From the NCBI GenBank assembly GCA_029821735.1, contig JALGSU010000017.1, positions 107,406 to 171,405 on the forward strand: a stretch of 64,000 bases of DNA. The letters are read 5' to 3'. This DNA is from Candidatus Zipacnadia bacterium. GTDB taxonomy: Bacteria; Armatimonadota; Zipacnadia; Zipacnadales; UBA5352. The translations under genes were made by a program, and so were the position numbers. This document shows, piece by piece, positions 1-7,967 of the stretch (positions are counted from its first letter, which is position 1; each line of letters begins with the position of its first letter). A model generated the notes under the pieces. It had not been told where the DNA came from. It saw only the letters and a program-made list of their open reading frames with translations, and did no database searches.

Positions 1-1367
1 GCCACCGTCGTCCGCAACTGGTCCCAGTTCCGCCCTGTCGAGAACACCCCGTATGAGCCGATGAACGGGATGCGCCCCTCGCACGCCAGTCCCGCCGCCA
101 CGGTGGTCATGTTGGCCTCGGCGATCCCACAGGTGATGAACCGCCGCTTGCGCTCGGGGTCCTCATTCTCGCCGTCGGGCTTGTAGAAGTAGTCCATCCG
201 GATTGAGCCAGTGATGTCGGCACCGTGCGCCACGGTCCTCTCGTCGCCGCTGACTTCTCTGAGCCCGTTCCCGAAACCGTTGCGCGTTGCGTCCATCTCC
301 ACCTGCATGTCGCGGCCCTCGTTCCACCACCAGTCGCGGCTGAACTTCGGCATATCCGCCTCGACCAGCGCGTCCGCCGCCGCCTGGTAATCGTCGGCGA
401 ACTGCAGAATCTCGTCGACGCGCTCCTCCGGGAAAACATCCGCCACACCGATGCACAGCAGCGCTGACTCCAGGGACTCCTCGCCCCGGCGACCGTCCTT
501 GGGAGGCACCCCGTGATAACCCACCACATTCTCCGCGAAGTCTACGCACTTTCCTTTGATGGTGCGCGCGATGATGACCGTCGGCTTGCCCCGAACCGCA
601 TCGGCGCGCCGCAGCGTGTTCAGAACCTCAACCATATCGTGGCCGTCGCACTCGAGGACTTCCCAGCCGAACGCGCGGTACTTCTCGACCAGTGACTCGA
701 TGTTGCACACTTCTGCGGTCTCCCCATCGATCTGCAGACCATTGTCGTCAATGATCGCCACGAGGTTGTCGAGGCCGTGGTGCGCGGCGAACATTGCCCC
801 CTCCCACACTGAGCCCTCCTGTTGCTCACCATCACCCATGATGCAATAGATGCGGTGGTCAGCCCCGCGCAGCTTCGCGTCGATCGCAGCGCCACAGGCG
901 ACCCCAAGGCCCTGGCCGAGTGATCCCGCCGACACCTCAATGCCGGGAAGCTTGCGGGCGTTGGGATGGCCCTCGAACGGAGAGCCCAGTTTACGCAGCA
1001 GGACAGTCTGTTGGATGCCTTCAATATCCGCAAACTGCTCAAGTGGTTCGCCATGGAAGCTTACGGGCATCTCGTCGAAGTACCCCGCCATGCCCAGCAC
1101 CGAATAGATCAGCGGAGCCTTGTGACCGGCTGACCAGAAGACCCGGTCGCGTCCGTCCCATTTCGGATCGGCGGGGTCGTGGTTGATGTGCTGTAGATAC
1201 AAGGCTGTGGCAATGTCAGCTATCGACATTGAGCCACCCGTGTGCCCTGAACCCGCTGCCTCCAGGGCGATCATTACCCAGCCGCGTATCTCTCGTGCTG
1301 CTTCCTCAAGCTCATCCAGCGTCAGATCGGCCTGCACGTCCTGCGTCCGTGAGTTGACGATCGGCAT
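1..1367 (-). CDS. tkt: Transketolase, fused N-terminal TPP-binding and pyrimidine-binding domains. The start codon is at 1367; the 3' end runs past the window edge.
   Basis: My own minus-strand translation from the ATG at 1365-1367 gives MPIVNSRTQD...GSGHTGGSMSIADIATALY...GDGEQQEGSVWEG...IIDDNGLQIDGE...GIAEANMTTVAAGLA, which are classic transketolase motifs. There is no in-window stop, so the ORF track omitted it. Confidence 0.8.
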   Translation of the reverse strand, partial: MPIVNSRTQDVQADLTLDELEEAAREIRGWVMIALEAAGSGHTGGSMSIADIATALYLQHINHDPADPKWDGRDRVFWSAGHKAPLIYSVLGMAGYFDEMPVSFHGEPLEQFADIEGIQQTVLLRKLGSPFEGHPNARKLPGIEVSAGSLGQGLGVACGAAIDAKLRGADHRIYCIMGDGEQQEGSVWEGAMFAAHHGLDNLVAIIDDNGLQIDGETAEVCNIESLVEKYRAFGWEVLECDGHDMVEVLNTLRRADAVRGKPTVIIARTIKGKCVDFAENVVGYHGVPPKDGRRGEESLESALLCIGVADVFPEERVDEILQFADDYQAAADALVEADMPKFSRDWWWNEGRDMQVEMDATRNGFGNGLREVSGDERTVAHGADITGSIRMDYFYKPDGENEDPERKRRFITCGIAEANMTTVAAGLACEGRIPFIGSYGVFSTGRNWDQLRTTV

Positions 1368-1663
1368 GGTCGCTTCCTCCCAGTTCCCACAAAAGCACTG
1401 ACGGTCGTGCCCCTCATCGCGTCTCCCGGAGGTAGTCTCGCCTCATCTCACCACCTTACGGGTCTGAGCGTCGAGGCTGCAGCGCTGCTGCAAGGCAGGT
1501 AGCAATTGTACTGCGAGGGAATACAGCCTTACTTGCCCGTTAGCTTAGCATACTTCAGCCGACAGATTCAAGAGTAGAACCCAAGAGTGCGGCCCCAGTT
1601 CGTTCTCCAGCGGGGTCTTCAGACCGCCATCGGGATCGCGCTTGCAGGGGAGGAGCCTGGCTT

Positions 1664-3073
1664 ATGTCCGCGGATCGACCCGCCAACCTGCTTGTCCTGT
1701 TGTGTGACCAGCTCCAGCGCAACACCATCGAGCCATACGGTGGCCGCGTCCCCACCCCTCACCTCAACCGCCTCGCCACGGGCAGCGCCATCTTCGACCG
1801 GTTCTACTGCGCCACGCCTCTGTGCGTACCCACTCGCCCCTCAATGATGACCGGGCGCTGGCCCCACACTCACGGCTCCACCTCATTCGGCGAGGGCCAC
1901 GCCCAGATCAACCCGGGCGAGGAGTTGCTCATCGACCGGCTGCAGGACGCTGGCTACCACGTCGGCTACGAGGGCATCTGGCACATCAACCGCCCCGCCG
2001 ACGAAGATCGCCGTGATGACTACGCATACTTCAGCGACACCGGATTCCCCTACGCCCCACACCGCGAGATGATGGCCGAACAGGCCCTTCCGGACGGCGC
2101 CCAGCAGGGCCAGGTCCGCACTCGCACCGATGATGGCTGGCACGATTGGGGCTTCTCGATACCAGTGCCCGCCGAATGGACCCGGCCCGTTGAGCAGCAT
2201 CCCGACATGGTCCGCGCGCGCACCATCGCCGAGTTCATCCTCGGCACCCCCGAGGACCAGCCCTTTGCCGCCTGGTGTTCGCTCGGCGCTCCGCATCCGC
2301 CCATACTTGTCCCCGAGCCGTGGCTCAGTCTCTTCCGTCCCGAGGACATCGACGTCCCGCCCGGCTTTGACATGGACATGACTGAGATGCCCGAGGCCAT
2401 CGCTCAAGCCGCCGGCCGTCAGGCCACCGCACACTGGGAATGGGAGGAATGGTCTCGGGGGATAGCCGGTTACCTCGGCTTCGTCGCCTTCGCCGATGAG
2501 TGCCTCGGCATAGTCCTCGACGCCCTCGAGGAGACCGGTCGGGCCGATGAGACCCTAACCATCTTCACTGGCGACCACGGTGAAATGCTCGGCGCCCTGC
2601 GTGCGTACCAGAAGGGCGTCCTCTACGATCGCGCCTGCCGCCTCGCCTGCCTCATGCGCGGGCCGGGAATCGAGCCCGGCCGCCGCGACCAGCTCGCCGG
2701 GCACGTGGACCTCGCGCCCACGGTCCTCGACCTGCTCGGCATGGCCCCGCTTCCGCAGGCGCAGGGCGAGAGCTTGGCCCCGATCCTCCGCGACCCCGAC
2801 GCCGCTGGCCCCGACTTCACCTTCGTCGAGTTCAACGGCTACATCACTGGCGGCTGGCACATCCGCGGCGCCGTCGGCGAGCGCTTCAAGTATGTCTACC
2901 ACCACGAGGACCAGCGCGACCAGCTCTTCGACCTCCACGCTGATCCCGACGAACTCACCAACCTCGTGGCCGATCCGGCACACGCCGATCGTGTGGCGAC
3001 TATGCGGACGGCACTCGCCACCTGGATGGCCGAGACCGGTGACTTCATCGATCTCCCGCAAGCTTGGGCGTGA
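1664..3073 (+). CDS. Sulfatase (arylsulfatase family), with no signal peptide
   Basis: Formylglycine signature C-V-P-T-R-P-S-M-M-T-G-R, the GDHGEMLG motif and the overall length. A GGAGGAG RBS lies 7 nt upstream of the ATG. Confidence 0.85.
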   Translation: MSADRPANLLVLLCDQLQRNTIEPYGGRVPTPHLNRLATGSAIFDRFYCATPLCVPTRPSMMTGRWPHTHGSTSFGEGHAQINPGEELLIDRLQDAGYHVGYEGIWHINRPADEDRRDDYAYFSDTGFPYAPHREMMAEQALPDGAQQGQVRTRTDDGWHDWGFSIPVPAEWTRPVEQHPDMVRARTIAEFILGTPEDQPFAAWCSLGAPHPPILVPEPWLSLFRPEDIDVPPGFDMDMTEMPEAIAQAAGRQATAHWEWEEWSRGIAGYLGFVAFADECLGIVLDALEETGRADETLTIFTGDHGEMLGALRAYQKGVLYDRACRLACLMRGPGIEPGRRDQLAGHVDLAPTVLDLLGMAPLPQAQGESLAPILRDPDAAGPDFTFVEFNGYITGGWHIRGAVGERFKYVYHHEDQRDQLFDLHADPDELTNLVADPAHADRVATMRTALATWMAETGDFIDLPQAWA

Positions 3074-3211
3074 GACATCGTGCGTACTGTTTACATTACT
3101 GTTACACAACAGCACTTGACACCATAACGCCCTGAGAGCATCCTTGAGCGAACGTAGAGGTAATTCGCGCCCAATCGGCATCAGTCACTCCGAGCCAATT
3201 GCTGTTTTCTC

Positions 3212-3240
3212 TTGACGTTTTCGCTTGCTTCTTGTATCGT
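3212..3240 (+). promoter_or_regulatory. Candidate sigma70-like promoter (TTGACG, 17-nt spacer, TATCGT) in the AT-richer leader of the PEP-CTERM gene
   Basis: Read directly from the sequence. The 3074-3353 region is clearly lower in GC than its surroundings. Confidence 0.25.
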
Positions 3241-3353
3241 GACGGGTAATTACGTGGGACAAGTTGTTGAGGCCAGCCCACCGAGACCGTTCGCGGTGGG
3301 GCTTGAAGCCACCGATCACCTTGCCGAAAAAGCGACAGTGATGGAGGGTCACA

Positions 3354-4331
3354 GTGCGCATCCATTCTCTAACACCCGTTCTCCTCGTAATCATTGTTCT
3401 GCTCGCGGGATCCATTGCGTCCGCAGACCTGCTCTACGATCACTTCGGCGTTACCCTTTCTCTGGGGTCCCAAGTGACCGAGCCGGTAAACGGCAACTAC
3501 TATCCGTTCGCCAACGGTACCTTCGTTCCCTCGGATACCGGCCGAATGGACTATGTGACTGACGACTGGTATGGGTCGTGGAGCGACACCGACTTCAACG
3601 ATGTCACCAGCGGCAACGGTGGCACCGTACCGTCCGGTGGCGAGCCCTACGACGTCGAAGCCCTCTTCTTCGACAACACCAACCAAGACCTCTATATCGT
3701 CGTGGTCACTTCTTTCGACCCACCTGCAGGACACGACGAGCCGCGACTCGAGCAGTTCGGCATCACCCCGATGATCGCCACCGGTGACCTCGCGCTCGAC
3801 TTTGGCCTGAACAGCGAATACACCGATGGCTTCAGCTACGACTATGGGGTCAACATCAACAACGAGAACCGCCCCGCTCTCTCCGGGCAGAACGCGACTT
3901 CCGGCGGCACGACTGTCGGCAACGCGCTCTACCGGACGGGCAACTCCGACTGGTATGTCGGCAGCGACTACAACGATGTTGACGCGGGCGGCGAATTGAC
4001 CAACTTCGACCCGGGCTGGAGCAGCTTCGGCGGCACCTCGCTCGGCAGCACCACAGTCAGCTACTCTCAGTATGACTTCGGTGGTGGCCTCCAGGAGGGC
4101 CGCTACGCGACCTACGTCATTGAGGTCACGATCCCGCGCTCGCTCCTCCCCGATGTCGAGGACGGCGACCTGATCGGCATCAGTTGGGTTGAGGGCTGCC
4201 GAAACGACGGTGGCGACGCCATCGTCCGCCTCAACGGTGATGTTGACGTGCCCGAGCCCTGCACCATGGTCCTCACCGGCCTCGGCGTCCTGGGCATGGG
4301 TTGGTGGAGGCGCCGGCGCTCCGCCGCCTGA
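3354..4331 (+). CDS. Secreted PEP-CTERM domain protein (exosortase substrate), GTG start
   Basis: N-terminal signal peptide (RIHSLTPVLLVIIVLLAGSIASA). The C-terminus is VPEPCTMVLTGLGVLGMGWWRRRRSAA, which is PEP plus a TM helix plus an Arg cluster. GGAGGG RBS. Confidence 0.7.
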   Translation: MRIHSLTPVLLVIIVLLAGSIASADLLYDHFGVTLSLGSQVTEPVNGNYYPFANGTFVPSDTGRMDYVTDDWYGSWSDTDFNDVTSGNGGTVPSGGEPYDVEALFFDNTNQDLYIVVVTSFDPPAGHDEPRLEQFGITPMIATGDLALDFGLNSEYTDGFSYDYGVNINNENRPALSGQNATSGGTTVGNALYRTGNSDWYVGSDYNDVDAGGELTNFDPGWSSFGGTSLGSTTVSYSQYDFGGGLQEGRYATYVIEVTIPRSLLPDVEDGDLIGISWVEGCRNDGGDAIVRLNGDVDVPEPCTMVLTGLGVLGMGWWRRRRSAA

Positions 4332-4355
4332 CGCCCCGCCTGAATCCAGACCATA

Positions 4356-4390
4356 CAAAGCGGCGCCCACATCGGGCGCCGCTTTTTTTG
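4356..4390 (+). terminator. Rho-independent terminator
   Basis: AAAGCGGCGCCC-acatc-GGGCGCCGCTTT followed by TTTTTTT, immediately after the PEP-CTERM gene stop. Confidence 0.7.
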
Positions 4391-4486
4391 TGGGGCAGTT
4401 CTCTGGCCCCGCCCGTCGTTGCCTTTGCTGTCGCTTCTGCTGTCTCTTTCGTTTCTGTCCTTTCTGCCATTCCGGGAGACTCCACC

Positions 4487-5344
4487 GTGCCGCCGCCTGA
4501 CCGCAAACGCGAACTCGCTCAGTTCTTCACGCCGCCGCAGGTAGCCACGCTGGCGTGGGACCTGCTCACCTGCTTCGGCGCGACACCCGACAACGCGCTC
4601 ATCGCCGACCCCGCTTGCGGCGCGGGCGTGTGGTTGGCCGAAGCCCGACGCCGTGGCGCGCCTCGCGAGCTGCATGGCTGCGATCTCGACGAGCGCCAGA
4701 CCGCCGCGTGGCTGCGGTCTGGCCTGAGCGCCGACGAGGCCTGTGCCCTCGGCGTCAGCGACGGCCTGCTCCTCGACGCCGCTCCGCCCGGCTTCGATGT
4801 CGTCACCGGCAACCCGCCCTTCGGCATTACTCTCGATGGCTGCGACCCCGACCACCTCGCACGCGTCGCCGCCCGCCACCACCTGTACCTCGGCGCCGCG
4901 GGTTCGCGCACTCCGCCCCTCAACCCGACGCCCGGCGACCTCGACCGCCTGCGCCGCTTCCCACTCGAGCTGCTCTTCCTCGAGCGCTTCGTGGCGCTGT
5001 GCCGCCCCGGCGGCTGGATCGCCATCATCCTCCCCGAGGGCATCGCCGCCAACGCGCGCTGGCGCTACGTCCGCGAGTGGCTGCTGACCGGTCGCGCGAT
5101 GCACGCCGTCATCGCCCTGCCACGTGGCACCTTCGGCGCGCACGGCACTCAGGCCAGCACCTGCCTGATGATCCTGCGCAACGCCCCCGCCGCCGCCAAT
5201 CACCAGGCGATCCTGACCGGTCTCGACTCATGCACGCCAGCCGCCTGCGACGAACTCGTCTCCCGCGTCACCGCCGATGCCTTCCCGCCCGCGAGCGCCG
5301 CCGATCTCCCCGCCGGTCTCCTCCCGCCACCCCTGATGCGCTGA
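4487..5344 (+). CDS. N6-adenine-specific DNA methyltransferase (amino-MTase, gamma-like, N6_Mtase/Eco57I-type), apparently orphan
   Basis: FFTP motif, ADPACGAGVWL (motif I) and DVVTGNPPFG (motif IV). I chose the GTG at 4487 as start because the upstream ATG (4301) overlaps the previous gene and its terminator. Confidence 0.6.
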   Translation: MPPPDRKRELAQFFTPPQVATLAWDLLTCFGATPDNALIADPACGAGVWLAEARRRGAPRELHGCDLDERQTAAWLRSGLSADEACALGVSDGLLLDAAPPGFDVVTGNPPFGITLDGCDPDHLARVAARHHLYLGAAGSRTPPLNPTPGDLDRLRRFPLELLFLERFVALCRPGGWIAIILPEGIAANARWRYVREWLLTGRAMHAVIALPRGTFGAHGTQASTCLMILRNAPAAANHQAILTGLDSCTPAACDELVSRVTADAFPPASAADLPAGLLPPPLMR

Positions 5345-5422
5345 CGCCCGCTGGAGGTCGCTTCACCTCGCCCGACGAATCACTGACCCTCAGCACTGGC
5401 CTGCCGAAGGAGACTGATCCCC

Positions 5423-6736
5423 ATGACCACCGTCGCGGAGTTTGGCGCTCGCGGAGATGGCGTAACCGACGACACCGATGCGATCCAGCGCGCGGTCCGC
5501 GAGGGCGCGGGCCCGATCCGTCTCGACCGAGGCGACTACCTCATCACTCGCCCGATACTCGTCGACCTCGCCGACTGCGGTCGCCTGGGGATCGATGGCG
5601 GTGGCGTCGCCACGCTCGTCATGGCTGGCGCCGGTCCGGCGCTTGACGTCGTCGGCACCCATCACGGCAGCGCTTCGCCCGCCTCCTTCGACGCGGGTGT
5701 GATGGAGGGCCAGCGCATGCCCACCATCGCCGGCCTCGAGATCCTCGGCGCCCACGACCAGGCCGATGGCATCCGCCTCACCTGCACGCACGCCGCCACG
5801 CTCACCGGCGTGCAGATCCGCGAGTGCCGCCACGGCGTCCACCTCGTCGAGCGCGACCGCAACTTGATCATCAGCGACTGCCACATCTATCACAACCGCG
5901 GGGTGGGCGTCTTCTACGACGGGGTGAACATCCACCAGAGCAACATCACCGGCTCGCACATCAGCTACAACGCGGGCGGCGGCATCAAGCTCCTCGACGC
6001 CGAGGTGCGCAACATCCAGTTCACCGGCAATGACATCGAGTACAACTTCGACCAGGCCGCCGACGCCTCCGCTGACGTCTGGATCGACTGCGGCTCCACG
6101 TCCATCCGCGAGGGCGCGATCACCGGCAACACCATCCAGGCCGTCGCCAGCCCCGGTGGCGCGAACGTCCGCATCATCGGCGTCTGCGCGGATCGCCCCA
6201 CTGCCGCCGGCAACCTCACCGTCTCCGGCAACCTGATCTCCAGCCAGGAGACCAACGTTCACTTGGTCGAATGTCGCGGCGTAGTCGTCTCCGGCAATCA
6301 CTTCTTCAGTGGCCACCGGCACGCGGTGCACGTCGAGCGCTCGGAGTTCGTGAACATCGCCGGCAACGTCTTCGGCAACAATCCTGAGTATCGCGTCGAC
6401 ACTTTGGACGGGGTGCTGATCGAGGACAGCGTTGGCTGCTCGCTCACTGGTTGCGTCTTCGAGGATTGCCTCGCCGGTGATTCTGACACCGGTGGCACGG
6501 TTGACGTCCGCCGCAGCCGCTCGTTCCTGATGAGCGCCTGCCAGATTCACGACCCGTCTCACCGCGCCCTGTATATGTCCAACGTCCAGCGCGCAATCGT
6601 CTCTTCGTGCATGGTCTCCTGCAACGAGCCCGAGCCGACGATGGTTGAGTCCGCGCGCATGGCTGCCTGCTCGGACGTCGAACTCTCCGCCAACATGCTG
6701 CTCGCCGGCTCCAAGGGCGAGGTCACCGAGGTATAG
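5423..6736 (+). CDS. Right-handed parallel beta-helix protein of the pectate-lyase superfamily (GH28/GH55-like glycosidase or lyase)
   Basis: N-terminal FGARGDGVTDDTDAIQRAV, and repeated beta-helix rungs (NIxxSHISYNAGGGI, FTGNDIEYN, VSGNLIS, VSGNHF). GAAGGAG RBS. Confidence 0.65.
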   Translation: MTTVAEFGARGDGVTDDTDAIQRAVREGAGPIRLDRGDYLITRPILVDLADCGRLGIDGGGVATLVMAGAGPALDVVGTHHGSASPASFDAGVMEGQRMPTIAGLEILGAHDQADGIRLTCTHAATLTGVQIRECRHGVHLVERDRNLIISDCHIYHNRGVGVFYDGVNIHQSNITGSHISYNAGGGIKLLDAEVRNIQFTGNDIEYNFDQAADASADVWIDCGSTSIREGAITGNTIQAVASPGGANVRIIGVCADRPTAAGNLTVSGNLISSQETNVHLVECRGVVVSGNHFFSGHRHAVHVERSEFVNIAGNVFGNNPEYRVDTLDGVLIEDSVGCSLTGCVFEDCLAGDSDTGGTVDVRRSRSFLMSACQIHDPSHRALYMSNVQRAIVSSCMVSCNEPEPTMVESARMAACSDVELSANMLLAGSKGEVTEV

Positions 6737-6890
6737 CCGTCCGCCTTTGCCATTTTTGCCGTTCTCTGCGTCTCCGTGACTCTGCGGTTTGCCTTGGCCG
6801 TCCGCCTTCGCCTCGTCGTTCAGGTGGGGCCGGATTATGTCCGGATGCGATGCATCCGACATCCGGCCCGGTCGTTCTCACCCCAGAACC
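6737..6890. repeat. Structured intergenic repeat, copy A (GCCGTT-rich motifs plus a roughly 43-bp near-perfect palindrome GGCCGGATTATGTCCGGATGCGATGCATCCGACATCCGGCC)
   Basis: Nearly identical to 7655-7745, and shares gccgttctctgcgtctccg with 15470-15490. Confidence 0.5.
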
Positions 6891-7621
6891 GTCCACGGAT
6901 ATTCCGGTGCGATATGCGTCGCCGGCACGTCCGGGAATATCTCCTTCAGGTAATCCACCATCGCCATCATCGCCGGGATCTCGCCCATCCCGTGCGCGAC
7001 GAAGATCACTGGCACTCCCATCCCCAGCGCCCACAGCCCGTCGCGCGTCCACGAGTTCCCGTCGTCGGTCGCGAGGATCACGTCTGCTCCGAGGTCGTAC
7101 ATCTCTGGCAGTCGCGTGATCGCCCCGGTCCCCACTGCCATTCGGTGCACCACCTTGTCGGGGTCACCCACCACCAGCGCCGACTCCTGCCCGAGTTCCC
7201 GGATGCGCTCCACCACATGTGCGGCCAGCGCGCGCACGCTCATCCCGCCGGTCAGGCAGATGCGGTAGAAGCTCTCGGTCTCACGCGGTTCGCTCTCCAG
7301 CCTCAGCCATTTCGCCCACGAGTCCGGGATGCCCCAGACGGTCATACCCAGCTCATCGAGCAGCGCGCGCCGTTCGGCGAACGTCTTCTCGGTTGTCGGA
7401 TGTTCCTGATGCTGGTCGTAGAACATCCCCTCATGGCTGATGATGAGGTCAGCTCCGAACTCCGCTGCGGCTCGGATGACTTTGTCGGTCCCGATCCAGC
7501 ATGTGGCGATTCCGCTGACGTGGTTGTCGGGGTCCCCGTGCATGAACTGGTCGCAACTGTTGTCCCAGTCCACCCATGTCCCGACCGACTTGAAATGCTC
7601 ATAAACATCCCGCGCCGTCAT
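6878..7621 (-). CDS. Nif3/YqfO-family dinuclear metal-centre protein
   Basis: WVDWDNSCDQFMHGD and ADLIISHEGMFY motifs. I chose the ATG at 7621 because GGAGGA sits 6 nt upstream of it; the ORF track extends to 7654. Confidence 0.6.
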   Translation of the reverse strand: MTARDVYEHFKSVGTWVDWDNSCDQFMHGDPDNHVSGIATCWIGTDKVIRAAAEFGADLIISHEGMFYDQHQEHPTTEKTFAERRALLDELGMTVWGIPDSWAKWLRLESEPRETESFYRICLTGGMSVRALAAHVVERIRELGQESALVVGDPDKVVHRMAVGTGAITRLPEMYDLGADVILATDDGNSWTRDGLWALGMGVPVIFVAHGMGEIPAMMAMVDYLKEIFPDVPATHIAPEYPWTVLG

Positions 7622-7639
7622 GCTCATTCCTCCTGCCCA

Positions 7640-7960
7640 TCCTCCCGCACCCATCTGTCGCCTTTGTCTCGTCGTTCAGGGGGGGCCGGATTATGTTCGG
7701 ATGCGATGCATCCGACATTCGGCCCGGTCGTTGCCATGGCTGTTCGCCTTCGCCTTGGCCGTTTGGAGGGGCGGGGCTACGTCCCCGCCCGGCCTTTGCC
7801 GTGGCCGTCCGCCTTCGCCTTGGCCGTTTGGAGGGGCCGTGGCTTCAGCCCGGCCCGCCGTTCGCCTTCGCCCTCGCCGTACGGAGGGCCGATTCGTCAA
7901 AATCGGCCGGTCGTTGTCGTGGCGTTCAGCGTGTCACCGGCGCAGGCTCGTCCGTCCCGT
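7640..7960. repeat. Structured intergenic repeat cluster, copy B: the palindromic element (7676-7740) followed by three tandem ~60-bp units (7744-7800, 7807-7862, 7863-7915), each with a cgccttcgccttggccgtttggagggg core and a variable GC hairpin
   Basis: Direct reading. The hairpins are GGGGCGGGG/CCCCGCCC, GGGCCG/CGGCCC and GGCCGATT/AATCGGCC. ORFs 7620..8060 and 7693..7971 over this region are rejected. Confidence 0.55.
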
Positions 7961-7967
7961 CCTCACC

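Noticed and set aside
4112-6862. Long antisense or alternative-frame ORFs (4112..5203, 4555..5646, 5390..6862, 3369..4370) overlapping the PEP-CTERM, MTase and beta-helix genes
   Set aside because: They are Arg/Pro/Ala-rich, have no motifs, and overlap genes with clear family signatures. These are GC-driven open frames.
7640-7960. Three ~60-bp tandem units (a conserved 27-nt core plus a variable segment) that superficially resemble a small CRISPR array
   Set aside because: The 'spacers' are themselves perfect hairpins of only about 25-30 nt, the core is degenerate in the third unit, there are only three units, and the same units recur singly at other intergenic sites. This behaves like a REP/BIME-type element, not CRISPR.
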